Translations under genes and position numbers: made by a program
From: Mobula hypostoma
Taxonomy: Eukaryota
DNA length: 64,000 nucleotides
Direction of reading: 5' to 3'
Assembly: GCF_963921235.1 (NCBI RefSeq)
Contig: NC_086097.1
Coordinates: 57,910,001 to 57,974,000, forward strand
In this document: piece by piece, positions 49,801 to 62,936 of the stretch
Numbering within the stretch: the stretch's first letter is position 1
How the letters are laid out: each line of letters starts with the position of its first letter
The notes under the pieces: generated by a model
The model's database searches: none
Seen by the model: the letters and a program-made list of their open reading frames with translations, nothing else
Told to the model about the DNA's origin: nothing

Positions 49801-50794
49801 ACAGTGGGCGTGACAGGGAATGAGGAAAGGTGCAGCTGACTCCTATTGCCAAATCATATCGTTTCCTTGCGGCCCGGTAGCACATGCTCTGCGGCCCGGT
49901 ACCGGTCCGCGGCCCGGTGGTTGGGGACCGCTGTTGTAGATAGGGTAGAGGATTGTCAAAGATTGCAGAGAGACATTGATAGGATGCAGGAGTGGGCTGA
50001 GAAATGGCAGATGGAGTTCAACCCGGAGAAGTGTGAGGTGGTACACTTTGGAAGGACAAACTCCAAGGCAGAGTACAAAGTAAATGGCAGGATACTTGGT
50101 AGTGTGGAGGAGCAGAGGGATTTCGGGGTACATGTCCACAGTTCCGTGAAAGTTGCCTGACAGGTGGATAGGGTAGTTAAGAAAGCTTATGGGGTGTTAG
50201 CTTTCATAAGTCGAGGGATAGAGTTTAAGAGTTGCGATGTAATGATGCAGCTCTATAAAACTCTGGTTAGGCCACACTTGGAGTACTGTGTCCAGTTCTG
50301 GTCACCTCACTATAGGAAGGATGTGGAAGCATTGGAAAAGGTACAGAGGAGATTTACCAAGATGCTGTCTGGTTTAGAAAATATGCATTATGATCAGAGA
50401 TTAAGGGAGCTAGGGCTTTACTCTTTGGAGAGAAGGAGGATGAGAGGAGACATGATAGAGGTGTACAAGATAATAAGAGGAATAGATAGAGTAGATAGCC
50501 AGCGCCCCTTCCCCAGGGCACCACTGCTCAATACAAGAGGACATGGCTTTAAGATAAGGGGTGGGAAGTTCAAGGGGGATACTTGAGGAAGGTTTTTTAC
50601 TCAGAGAGTGGTTGGTGCGTGGAATGCACTGCCTGAGTCAGTGGTGGAGGCGGATACACTAGTGAAGTTTAAGAGACTACTAGACAGGTATATGGAGGAA
50701 TTTAAGGTGGGGGCTTATATGGGAGGCAGGGTTTGAGGGTCGGCACAACATTGTGGGCCGAAGGGCCTGTACTGTGCTGTACTATTCTATGTTC
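46839..50794 (+). mobile_element. CR1 LINE (APE + RT, 5'-truncated), interrupted by a hAT element
   Basis: YRPP, GDFN, YMDFSKAFD, FADDTKVGGVVD|RVEDC; ttctatgttc tail. Confidence 0.93.
48727..49933 (-). mobile_element. Non-autonomous hAT (Charlie/Buster-like), 1207 bp
   Basis: TIRs caggggtccccaacc / ggttggggaccgctg; 8-bp TSD TTGTAGAT; remnant EYPEIATEALKMLLPFPT-YLC of the hAT dimerisation region; internal CR1 tail ~49135-49350. Confidence 0.93.
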
Positions 50795-51829
50795 CTGTTG
50801 TAATTTGTAGTCCACATCACTGCAGCTGTTTGGAGGCCTATAACTAACTGCCATCAGAGTCCTTTTACTCCTGCGATTTCCTAGCTCAACCCATAAAGAT
50901 TCTGCACCTTCGGATCCTATATCACCTCTTTCTAATGATTTAATATCATTTCTTACCAATAAAGCCACACCTCCCCCCTCCTCCCTTCCTATCCTTCTGA
51001 TACACCGTGTATCCTTGGACGTTCAGCTCCCAGAGCCATGCATCCTTTAGCCACGTCTAAAGGAAATATCCTCCTATTTCTACTCTGACTAGCACGTGGC
51101 ACTGGTAGTAATCCAGAGACTATTACCTTTGTGGTCCTACTTTTTAGTTTATCTCCTAACTCTCTAAATTCACCTTGTAGGACCTCATCCCGTTTTTTAC
51201 CTATATCGTTGGTACCTATGTGCATCACGACCACTGGCTGTTCACCCTCCCACTCCAGAGTGTCCTGCAGCCGCTCAGAGACATCCTTGACCCTTGCACC
51301 AGGGAGGCAATATACCCTCCTAGAGTCTCGTTTGTGGCCGCAGAAACGCCTATCTATTCCCCTTACAATCGAATCCCCTATCACTATAGCTCTCCCACTC
51401 TTTTTCCTTCCCTCCTGTGCCGCAGAGCCGCCCATGGTGCCATGAACTCGGCTGCAGCTGCCTTCCCCTGATGAGACATCTCCCCCAACAGTATCCAAAA
51501 CAGTGTATCTGTTTAGGAGGGAGATGACCTCAGGGGACTCCTGCACGACCTGCCTACTGCTACGCTGTTTAGTGTAGAATAAATATCATGGAGAATAAAT
51601 GTGGAAGTGAACTAGTCTTTTTAGATTGGGTATAATCTAGCAATCTACCCATACAGTATAATCTCCCTTCAGTGAGAATACTTGTGGCTATTTATATCTG
51701 ATAGGGTTTAAGGTCTTTGTTTGTGTTTAGAATTTTGTGGTCAGCAAGCCCAATACTCTCACATAGCTTCACACCTGGGAAGGACCACAGTGGGAAATAT
51801 AACGGCCATTACCAAATGAACTTTCCCAA

Positions 51830-52795
51830 CCAAGACTATGTGGTATCAAATTATCAGGTGTGATAGGGAAGTATGTGTTTGTAGTTAGGCTTGGGTGTGA
51901 ATGTAGGAGATGTGATTAGTGATCTTGCAGATGACGAATTGGTGGTGGTGTTGGTCATGAGTTTGGGTGGTCTTACGTTATAGAATGATGTTGATCAGAT
52001 GGTAAATTGCGCACGGCAGTGATCGTTGAATCCTGATAAGTGTGATGTGATGCATTTGGTGCAGTCAATAGGAGTAGGATCTAAACATGAGTGATAGAGC
52101 TGGGGAGATTGAGAAAAAACACAGTACTGTAGTGGTTAGCACAACAATTTACAGTTCGTGTTAAGATCGGAGATTGATCCTTGTCGTTCTTTGAAAGGAG
52201 TTTGTACATTCTTGGTTTCCTCAGGGTGATCTGGTTCCTTCTCACATCCCAAAGATTTATAGGAAGGATTAGTGAGTTGTGGGTATGCTATGTGACACTT
52301 GCAGGCTGCTTGGCACAATACTCGCTGATTTGATTTGAGACAAAAAATGCACTTTGCACTATTTTGTGATGTACATGTGATAAATAAAGCTAATCTTTAT
52401 CTTTTACAGAACAAAGAGGCCTTTCTATACCAGTCTAAAGGTATCTGAGGGAAGCATCTTGGGTGGATAGGGTGGTGAAGAAGGCATTCAGGATGTTTGC
52501 CTTCGTTAGCCAGAGCATAAAATATAAATGCAATGAGATTTGATACAACTGGCGTTGTACTGAACCCCATTGCATTTATATTCTAGGGTTTTGACCAAAG
52601 ATGAAATATTGTGTGCATCTGCGGTTATCGCACTGTAGGAAAGGTGTGATTGCACTGCAAGGGTGCAGAGAAGGTTCACCAGGAAAGAAATGTCTCAGTT
52701 TTGTTGAGAAACTGGATGGGGTGTGTTTGTTTTGCTTTGAACAGTGGCAGCTGAGGAAGGACCATAATGTTGTTTACAAAATTATAAGAGGCAAA
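51830..52795 (+). mobile_element. Old, highly degraded CR1 fragment
   Basis: gcagatgac (ADD), aagtgtgatgtgatgcatt (KCDVMH) and gtggtgaagaaggca remnants. Confidence 0.65.
52125..52405 (+). mobile_element. tRNA-derived SINE with a V-domain-like core (HE1/V-SINE-like)
   Basis: A-box-like tagtggttagc; ggtttcctcagggtgatctggttccttctcaca core; aataaagctaatctttatcttt tail. Confidence 0.65.
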
Positions 52796-54900
52796 TATAA
52801 GACCGTAGGTCATAAGACATAGGACATAAGATATAGGAGCAGAATTAGGTCACTTGGCCCAATGAGTCTGCTCCACCAATTCATCCTGGCTGATTCAATT
52901 TCCCTCTCAGTCCCAATCTCCTGCCTTCTTCCCGTATCCCTTCACGCCCTTACTAATCAAGAATCTATCAACCTCTGCCTTAAATGTACTCAATGACTTG
53001 GATTTCACAGCCAGCTGTAACAACGAATTCCACAGATTCACTACTCTCTGGATAAAGAATTTCCTCCTCATCTCCATTCCAAAAGGATGCCCCTCAACTC
53101 TGAAAGCTGAGTCCTCTAGTCTTAGAATCCCCCACCATAGGAAACATCCTCTCCACATCCACTCTATCGAGGTCTTTCACTATTCAATAAGTTTCAATGA
53201 GGTAACCCCTCATTCTTCTGAATTCCAGTGAGTAGAGGCCCAGAGCTATCAAACGCTTTTCATATGATAAGCCATTCAATCCTGAAGTCATTTTCTTGAA
53301 CATCCTTTGAACCCTCTCTGATATCAGCACATCCTTTCTTAGATAAGAGGCCCAAAATTGTGCCTCAACAGTGTTTTATAAAGCCTCAACATTACATCAT
53401 TGCTTTTATATTCTAGACCTCTGGAAATGAATGCTAACATTGTATTTGTCTTCCTCACCACCGAATTAACCTGTAAATTAACATTTAGGGAATCCTGCAC
53501 AAGGCCTACCAAGTCCCTTAGCACCTTAGTTTTTTAAATTTTCTCTTCATTTAGAAAACAGTCTACCCTTTTACTTCTTTGACCAAAGTGCATGATAAGA
53601 CACTTCCTGACACTATATTCCATCTGCCATGATTCAGTGACGCCCACAATGTCTTACAGGCTAATCTGTAAATGAGCTACCTTATTCCATATACTGTTTG
53701 CATTCAAATATAACACCTTCACTCTTGTATTCACCCTTTTTGATTTTGTCCTTCTTTTACATTGTAACTTATCCTTTTGACTGCAGTTATGCTCTTTCAA
53801 CAGACTCTCTTTCCTAGCAGTCTCAATACACACTCTCTCCATTTGGAAAACACCTATCTCATCCTCAGCACTATCACTCTGTTTTCCATCCTCCTGCCAA
53901 ATTAGTTTAAACCCTCCTGAACATCTCTAGCAAGCCTGCCCACGAGGATATTGGTCTCCCTTCGATTCAGGTGTAACCTGACCCTTTTGTACCTGGTGTA
54001 CCTTCCCCAGAAAAGATCCCAGTGATCCATAAAGCTGACCCCCTGCCTCCTGCACCAGTTCCTCAGCCACGCATTCACCTGCCAAATCATCCTATTCTTA
54101 ACCTCAATGGTGCATGGCATGGGCAGCAATCCAGAGATTACTACCTTGATGATCCTGTTTTCAGCTTTCTACCTAGCTCCCTAAAATCTCTTGTCAGGAC
54201 TTCCTGACATTGGTGCTAATATATACCAAGACTTCTGACTGCTCACGCTCCCCATTTAGAATGCTATGGACTCGATCTGAGACATCCCCTCAACAGTATC
54301 TATAGTGGTATACATATTATTGAAGGGAACAGCCACAGCAGTACTCTGCACTGGCTGTGCATTTGCTTCCTTCTCCTGCCAGTCACCCATTTACCAGTTT
54401 CCTGCAACCTAGGGATGACTACCTCCCTGTAGCTCCTGTCTATCACCTCCTCATTCTCCTGTATGAGTCGAAGGCCATCAAGCTCCAGCTCCAGTTCCTT
54501 AATACGTTCTCTGAGGAACTTCAGCTCAGTGCACCTGGTGCAGATGTGGTTATCTGGGAGGATGGAGGTCTCCCAGACTTACCACATCTCACACACAAAA
54601 CAAAACACGACCCGGAGCCACTCTCACTGCACTAACTGTGCTGTAACAGACGAGGAATGAAGAATTGAGAAGAAAAAGAGAAACTACCAGATACTTAATC
54701 TGACCAAAGCCTGATCAGCCAAGGCCACTCCAAACACTGATCGACTCACAATAATGGCTGCTCCACTTGCAGTTGTGTTATTTTTATTCAGCTTTTTTAA
54801 TGAATCCTGCTCAGTGATTGATCGCAGTCCAGCTCTGCAAAGTTCTGCCTTTTTAATCCTGAGTGAGGACCTGATTGGAAAGGTAGCTCTCTTCGCGTGC
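52795..54900 (-). mobile_element. Internally deleted CR1 (3' part ~52795-53630; ORF1 and ORF2 start ~53630-54660)
   Basis: RVVNLWNS; LYLNANSIWNK; DHWDLFWGR..LHLN..EGLN*; LEL zipper remnant. Confidence 0.85.
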
Positions 54901-57299
54901 TCCAGTTGAGCAAGTGGTTGCAGTCTAACAAATAGAGGATAGATGATTAAATGAAAATTCTAATGATTGAAGTGTCTAAGACTGGAAGGCATAGGTTAAA
55001 GGTGAAAAATATGAGTTCAGAGGGGTTATGTGAAGGACACTTTTCACCGATGATTTAGTACCTGAATAGCATTAACTCTATTCCCTATTCACAAAGGGTA
55101 ATGGCCAAGGGAAGTTCTGCATAATAGTGGTGTGAGGAAGAGTTTGAGCTTAGACACCAGGTGACATTGCCACAATAGCTTGAAGCCTTCCATTACTCAC
55201 TTTATCACTATTTGCTCCATCAGATATATTTAGTGGATTCCTGACAACAGTATTCTACTTAAAGACCTATTCTTCACAATGTGGCCCCAGAGACATGATT
55301 GTTAACCCTCTGGCAAATTATCATTTTGGGTACACTTACACAACAACTTTCAGCAATGACTGTGATGAAAAGCCAAAAAATGGTCTTTCTCCAGCGAGCA
55401 GCCTCAACCCATTTGTAAAAAAAATTGTTTATTTCTCCCAGATAATATACTAAAAGGTTAGATCATGTTAACTCTGTTACCTATTCACTAAACGTTTAGA
55501 TGTCACCACTGGGAGTGGAATTTTGTGCCTTTGAGAGTTGTGGTGGAATTGAGATTTCATCTAAAGATGTAAATAGGGTTCTCAGTGTTTCAAACCTGAG
55601 GGAAAACAAAATGGTTTAAATGCACCTGAAAATAAAACATACTTTATACAACAAAAAAAACTTAGTCCATTTAAACAGCTTTTATACTTGATTGGGCCCA
55701 GTTCTGGAAGCCGACGTAAACATGCATCTATCTCTTGGGTCTTTGTAGAACTATACTTCTGTGGAATTGTGATTCTAAGTTGAATGTAGTTGTGTAAATG
55801 TTGATGCAGTTGCATGCTCATCGAGATTAATGACTGAATAAATGCCATCTTTTTCTCTTGTTGCCTCTCCTCCGCCCCCCCCCCCCCGCCCAGGGAATCC
55901 TATCCCACCTATATGAGATATTCAGGATAACTGGTGTGTCACATTACTCAGTGAGATCTTTCCAAGGTGACCAGCTGTAGATGTTCAATCATGAGTGGTT
56001 TATCTTTGATCATTCTGGAAATATTGTGGTTTTATTATTAATTGTGATCTTCTAGTCAGCTTGAATGGATGGATGGTCCATTGAAGTTGGCAGTTCTACT
56101 GTGCAATTGATCATTCCATCAATAGGCGAGAGAGTCGAGGGACACAATCTGTTAAACAGCAAGAAAAATACAGAAGGGTCCCACCATACCTATAGTATTC
56201 AGGGTGATCTTTTCTTTTCTTACATGATAGGGCCACCGATGCTAGCTTTGCAATAGGATTAGCACTTTAACAGATTGAACCTGAGATGATCTATATCAAT
56301 GAAAACAGAAAACTGTTAAAACAATCTCTGTGGTCACAAGTCACTTTGTGAAATGTTCCTGTATGTTGTGAAAGTTCTTCAGATACGAGGCTTTTATTTT
56401 CAGAGGGTTGTTTATATGAAGAAAATGATGATAATTTGTCAGAAAGTAGTATTTGCTGCTTGGAAAATTCCTGAGCTAACTTCTGTTTATTGTGAAAAGA
56501 GCACTGCGCCATGGAGAGGAATGCACGTTTTGTTTATCGAGTGAACACAGCGCACTGTGTCAGAGTTCTAACTTTAAAGGGAAAGACTCAGCACACAGGC
56601 TGCTCTTTCTCCAAGAATTTCAAAGTAAGGCCATGAGGCCAAAAGACCGGACTTCAAGGATGAGATCGAGAACATACCTTCATTTTAATTCACTAAATAT
56701 GAATTTTGTTTTCGCAGTCTCGAGTTCCATTTCTTACCCATATAAAAGCAGGGGAAATGAAATAATATGAAGAGAGGACAATTAGAGCTTGTAGTTCCAT
56801 TACTGAGCTCATTTTGTCTCACAATAAGGGCTTTTATAGTTTGTCAGTGTGGCTATTCAGTCAGAAATACCACCAAAAAGAAATGTACTGATTTTGGAGG
56901 TAAATGAGAAATCATGGGTAGAATTTTGTCTTGACTAGTTTTGCCAGGGTTGACTGCAAGGTGACAATCAATTTGACTCATTGTTATTCAGTTCTATTGA
57001 CTTCAGGAATGGAAAAATAAATCTTCCTTTTACTTGATATTTTGGGTACAGTGGCCAAGATTCAGAAAACTTGTAATGTAAGTTATCATTGTCCTGTTTT
57101 TATTTGTGGACAACTGACTCTAGTAAGGTGAACCTGTTTTATTCCTGATTCACAATGAGAATCCAAAGCCCTTTTGAATGCTTAGAACTTACCAAGCCCA
57201 ATTCTAATTTACGATGAGTGCAAATAGCACAATGACAGTAGACAGCAGTCTGTAGCCAGTTGCTCATGGAAGCTGTCCTCCACTGTCAGTATTCACTGT

Positions 57300-57775
57300 T
57301 GTTGGCAACGAGGAGCTGTACAGGAGATAGATTGGATGGTTGAGTGGTGTCACGATAACAACCTTGCACTCAACATCAGTATGACGAAGGAATTGGTTGT
57401 AGGCTTCAAGGAGGGGAAGTCAGGAGAATAGTAGTGGAAAGGGTGAGCAGCTTCAAATTCCTAGACATCAACATCTCAGAGGATCTGTCCTGGGCCCAAC
57501 ATATTAATGTAATCGCAGAGAAGGCACGCTAATGGCTATGCTACATGACGAGATTTGGTATGTCACCAGAGACTCCAGCAAATTTTGGGAACAGCTTCTT
57601 CCCTACTACCATTAGATTTCTGAATGGTCAATGTTCCCAAGGACATTACCCACTGATCCTTTGTTATATTATTCATCATAGTTGTTTTATGTTTTGCACT
57701 GTACAGCAGCTACAAAACCACAAATTTTATCACATACTGTATGTCAGTGATAATAAACTTGCCTCTGGTTCTGCT
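57300..57775 (+). mobile_element. Rex1/Babar-like fragment
   Basis: WCHDNNLALNISMTKELVV; NSFFPTTIRFLN; AATAAA tail. Confidence 0.75.
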
Positions 57776-59732
57776 GCTGAACGCCTTGGGAGGCTAGGTT
57801 AGGGTTCTGGTAGCTGGGCATTGTGGTTATTGAAAGGGACATACAGTAATTCTGCCACTGAATCACACTGAGGTTACATAATTTTTTAATCATGAGCAAA
57901 AGCAACACTGGTCTTTGTTAGAAAAAGTTTGAAAATGAAGTAACTATGTTACACTGACCTCCATGTTGGGAACAGTGCAAGTGAAACTTCAGTATTCTAA
58001 ATGAAATCATAGCTTTGGCCTTTTCCTGAATCAAATTCCCTATAGCATCTGATTTTCCTAGCAAAGCTGGTAATCTTGTGGCACAAAGTAAACACTGCGA
58101 AAGCATTGCTGTGCTTGAGATGAAGATCTCATTTTTTTCCCTGAATTGGGTCTGTGTAAACTGGCACTCTGAGCATGTGCAGTGAGGATCTGGTAAGCGT
58201 CACCCTGTGGTGTTTTAAAGTCTGCACGCTTCATTTTCATTGGGAATGGGTGTGTGTGGTTTATAATCTGGGCAGTGTTTTTAAGCACTTCATAAACATT
58301 GGTAGGACTTAGATTTTTGTAATTTTTGAAAAAATGTTATTGATTTACTGCCCATTCTGCCCTCCCCCACTGTTTCTAAGCAGTTATCGTAATTTTGCAG
58401 TTTTCCTTACTTTCTCTTGGGGCACCAAATGAATGTTAAATAAACAAAAAGAATAATCGTTGCCCCCACTAAATGGAAAGTGCCATATGTTGCAGTAATT
58501 CCTTATTTTTTTTGCCCAGGTTTGGAAAGAATTTCTGATCTTAAATTCACATTTCGTTCATGAGCAGCAGAAACATTCCTCTGTGTTCAAGAAGGCTTGA
58601 AAATTAAAGTAACCATGTAATAAGATTATACTGCACTCCGGGTGTCCTTGCAATACCTTACTGCTACTAGAATTTTATTGGCCACTTGGGGAATTACTCA
58701 CTCTGCACCTCAGCAGAGCTGCAGTGTTTGAAGGATCTTGATATAATCATGCCTGACAGAAATAGCATTTGCGTTTTACTCGGTGTGTAGCAAGGCCACT
58801 TTGCTTGAATGTTATTTCATGCCATTGTTTGTGGTGAATGGACTGATGATGGTTTTGTTCGTTGTGTAAAAAAAAACATGCAATTCTCCATTCTGCCCTT
58901 GTACAATCATATTTATATTCCACTGTTTAACTAATTTTTCCCCTGTCCTACCGAGAAGGCTGCTGCTGGATTTAATCAGACGCTTTAATATGCAGAGGGT
59001 GAATACATTCCTTAAACTTATGACATCAAATGATTTTTTTCATGAGTTTCATAGCTGGAAAGATCAAAACCAACCGCAATTCTCATTGAATGCAATTGCT
59101 ATTCACATTATTGATTAATGTATTTTTAAAAATTCTTCAGAATAATACATGTTCTGTTTAATGGGTTAAAAGGCAGATAAAATGGGTGGATTTATTTGCA
59201 GTATGTGCTGACTGTCTCTTTGGAAACAAAACCTTAGTTCATGAGCTGATGTTTATATTGCATGGAGAGCAAAAATCCCCTCCTCCACTCACTGAGGTTA
59301 CTTTTCAAAGAGATGCACTTTAATCTTCAAATTTCAGAAACCAATTTATTTAAATCTCTCTACCCTACCAAACACATTGATCTTTAAACACTGTGAGCAG
59401 AAAAGTAATTGTGTTATTAATTATCTGTTGCTATTTTTTTGCTTTACAGCATCTAATGAATATGAATTAATAAATCTGACACAATGTTGTTGCTGTACGT
59501 ACTTTGACCAGTTATAAAAGTGGAAGAGTTACAACAGGGAAGTTTCAAGGAAGTTTTGACATGCTCCTAAACAATATCATCCAGGAAAGATTTTGTGTTT
59601 CAAGCACCTACAATGGTTTCCTGGTAAATGTTGTTTCTGAGTCACACTGCAATTTTGCCAATGGTCACGGTCCTTCAAATTGATCCTACACTGTATTCAA
59701 GCATGGGCCCTCAAAACCACACCAAATTAAAG

Positions 59733-59828
59733 TTACACACACAAAATGCTGGAGGAACTAGGCAGGCCAGGCAGCATCTATGGAAAAGAGTAAACAGTTG
59801 ACATTTCGGTCCGAGACCCTTCATCAGG
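59733..59828 (-). mobile_element. Penelope-like terminal fragment with hammerhead motif (59796-59831)
   Basis: 12-bp TSD ACCAAATTAAAG; minus CUGAUGA-agggucucggacc-GAAAU-GUC. Confidence 0.8.
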
Positions 59829-59919
59829 ACCAAATTAAAGCTGTAGAAGCATCTGTTTTACTTTGTGTGTCATCCCTTTGGATGTCAGCTATGGATCAGC
59901 ATTAGTACTCTAATGTTGG

Positions 59920-60780
59920 GAATTCAACAATCAGGAGCTTGACTTCAGGAGAAGGAAGCCAGAGGTCCATGAGCCAGTCCTCATTGGAGGACCAGAAATG
60001 AAGAAGGTCAGCAACTTTAAATTGCTTGATGTTATCATTTCAGAGGATCTGTCCTGGGCCCCGCACATAAATGCATTTACGAAGAAAGCACGGCAATGCC
60101 TCTATTCCCTTAGGAGTTGGTGAAGATTCGGTGTGACATCTAAAACTTTGACAAACTTCCAAAGATGTGTGGTGAAGAGTACATTGACCGGCTGCATCAC
60201 AACCTGGTATGGAAACAACAATGCTCTTGAATGGAAAATCTTACAAAAAGAGTTGGATAGAGCCCAGTACTTCATGGGTAAAGTCTTCCCCACTATTGAG
60301 CATATTTATAAGGAGGATTATTGCAGGAAAGCAGCATTCATTATCAGGGACCCCCACCGCCAAAGTCATGCTCCCTTCTCACTACTGGCATGAGGAAGAA
60401 GGTACTGGAGCCTCAAGACTCAGACCACCAAGTTCAGGAACAGTTCCTAACCCTCAACCATCAGGCTCTTGAACCAAAGGGGATAACTTAATTTTCCCCA
60501 TCATTGAAATATTCCCACAACCTATGGACTCATTTTGAAGGACTCTTCATCTCATGTTCTCGATGCTTAATACTTATTTATTGATTATTATTATTTCTTT
60601 ATTTTTGTATTTGCACCATTTGTTGTCTTTCGCACACTGGTGGAACCCCCAAGTTGGTGCTGTCCTTCATTGATTCTATTATGGGTTTATTGAGTATGCC
60701 CACAAGAAAATGAACCTCAGGGTTGTACATGGTGACATAATATGTACTTAGATAATAAACATTGAATTCTTAACCTTGAG
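59920..60780 (+). mobile_element. Rex1/Babar-like 3' fragment
   Basis: KSTLTGCITTWYGN..AAFIIRDPH; AATAAA tail. Confidence 0.85.
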
Positions 60781-60785
60781 AGAAA

Positions 60786-61547
60786 GTACTCAAAATTCAT
60801 AATAAACTTATTATGAAAGCACATATATATTGCCATATGTATGTGCTTTGAGATTCATTTTCTTGCAGGCACTCACAGTGGAATGGAGAAATCCAAAAGA
60901 ATCAATGAAAAGCTACAAAGACTGACAAACGACCAATATGCAAAAGAAGACAAGTTACGTAAATAAAAAAGTAACACACACAAAATGCTGGAGGAACTCA
61001 GCAGGCCAGGCAGCATCTGTGGAAAAGAGTAAACAGTCGACGTTTCAGGACGAGACCCTTAATCAGGACTCATGAATGTCCTGTCCTGTGTGCTTTGCTT
61101 GGATTTCCAGCATCTACAGAATTTCTTGTGTTTGAAGTAAATAAATAATACTGAGAACATGAGCTGTAGATTCCTTGAAAGTGCATTCATAAGTTGTGGA
61201 ATAAGTTCAGTGTTGACATGAGTGAAATTGTCCATACTGGTTCAGGAACCTGAGGTTTGAAGGGTGATAACTGTTTCACAACCTTGAGGTGTGGAACCTA
61301 AAGTTCCTGTACCTCCCTCCTGAAAGCAGCAACGAGAAGAGAGCATGGCCTGGATATTGGGGGTCCCCGATGATCGATGCTGCTTTCTTATGGCAGTGCT
61401 CTTTGTAGGTGTGCTTAATGATGATGAGGGCTTTGCTTATGATGGGTTGCTCTGTGCCCGCCGTTGTATGTAAGCTTTTTTCATTCTTAGGCATTGCTGT
61501 TTCCATACCAGGCCGTGATGCAACCAGTCAGGATACTCATAGTGTAG
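60786..61547 (-). mobile_element. Rex1/Babar-like 3' fragment, containing a Penelope end
   Basis: KAASIIGDPQYPGHALFSLLLSGGRYR. Confidence 0.82.
60975..61134 (-). mobile_element. Penelope-like end with short inverted piece; mutated hammerhead at 61035-61070
   Basis: AGUC-CUGAUUA...GAAAC-GUC-GACU; aagtaa on both flanks. Confidence 0.75.
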
Positions 61548-62936
61548 ACTGACATATTAATATGGACCTGAAAGAATGCCACATTTTTGGAGATGCTCTC
61601 TCAAATTAATATAAAAAGTCTTGTGGATTTGCTTGATCTTTTCTAAAAGAGCAACCATCTATTTTTTGAGGACTTTTGATTAGAAGACAAATTTTGACCA
61701 GGACACCAGGGATGAGAGCTTATTTTTGAAACAGTACTTGAGACAGTGCCTTTGAAATATGGCACCCACTTAAGAGACCAGGCAGAGCATTAATCTAACA
61801 TTTCCAAATATAACACCTCTGACACTGCACTGTTTCCATTCTATTGCACTGATGCATCAAGCTAGGCTCACAGGTGCCACACAAACCACTACTCTTCTGA
61901 TTCAGAAGTGGAAGTGCTACCAACTGAGCCATGGCTGTCACTTACTAGAGGTAGATGGTAGAAAACTGCATATTTCCAAAAACTGTTAATGTATAAAATA
62001 CTTCATGCATTGAATGGATGACACTTGCTGGTATTTTCTTAAAAAAAAGTGAACAGCGGATTTCAATAATTGCATTTGTTTTTTTCTAAAAATTAACAAA
62101 CAAAAATAAAAAGGCTTAGGAAACTACCAGGTGGTCCACCTAGCTGGTGCCATTTTGGTGTCCACAGACTTGCTTGACTCCACAGTCATCTAAATTCCTC
62201 ATAGAAGCAAAGTTCAAAAAGACTACAGCAAAAATGTGAAAAGAAACTAGGGCGATTCCTTCCCCATTTCTCCAGCTGATCAAAACCAGGCCAGCTCGGC
62301 TAATTGTTAAGCCATGTATCTTCTGTATGATCTTTGCCCCAGTCAAGAAATGGCCCGGATTATGTCAGAAGACAGGCAGAATAAACACAGAGCGAAGAAG
62401 CCCACAGATTTCCTGTATACGTACTCTGAACCTTTGAATCAACCGGGCTTTGTTAACACTTACTGGTCTTATGAATAACTAAAGGAAAAAAAGTTCAATA
62501 ACCTCTATTTGTTTATTAGTTGAGATAAGATTTATAATGTTTCACTTTTGCCATTTGATAAAGTGTATTATTCAAAAGATTCATAGACTAATTTGTCTAC
62601 AAAATCTATTTTAGAATGCATTCACAATTTTGAGATAAACTTCGAGTATTTTGGGGGGAAAATCCATGTTGAGTATTTCTTGGGATGACTTTATAGCTAG
62701 AAATCACTTCTTCTCTTTTGATAATAGTTGCTGTCCACTCCAAGTGTATTGATTGGCCAAGGCCCATTTAAATAAACAATAGAAAGCTGCATATTTCCAA
62801 AACCAAAATTTGTTAAATTCTAACATGCAGAGTTAACACATTGTAAAACATCTCCTGTTGTAGTGGATACTGCAAAGAAACTTCCAAAGCTGAGTGTGAT
62901 TCAAACAAAATGAAAAAGACAGTGAAAAGATTTATA

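Larger units (their letters stand above)
44343..51060 (-). mobile_element. CR1 LINE (pieces 44343-46838 and 50795-51060)
   Basis: ORFs 44953-46536, 46514-46804 and 50795-50968; (ccataaga)n tail. Confidence 0.93.
40054..51572 (-). mobile_element. Near-full-length CR1 (copy 3; pieces 40054-42339, 42818-43285, 43841-44342, 51066-51572)
   Basis: RT, APE and ORF1 esterase (VIGDS, HIGTND, DSLH); ORF1 reads SRNRRI|YQMNTW across a 6.7-kb insertion with atatc on both sides. Confidence 0.92.

Noticed and set aside
58505..59510. Splice-acceptor-like sites (tttgcccag ~58519, ctttacag ~59449) as possible exons
   Set aside because: No convincing reading frame, donor site or known peptide follows.
62122..62152. 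Two opposed CTCF-like motifs (taccaggtgg, ccacctagctgg)
   Set aside because: Partial matches only; cannot be supported without a matrix score or ChIP data.
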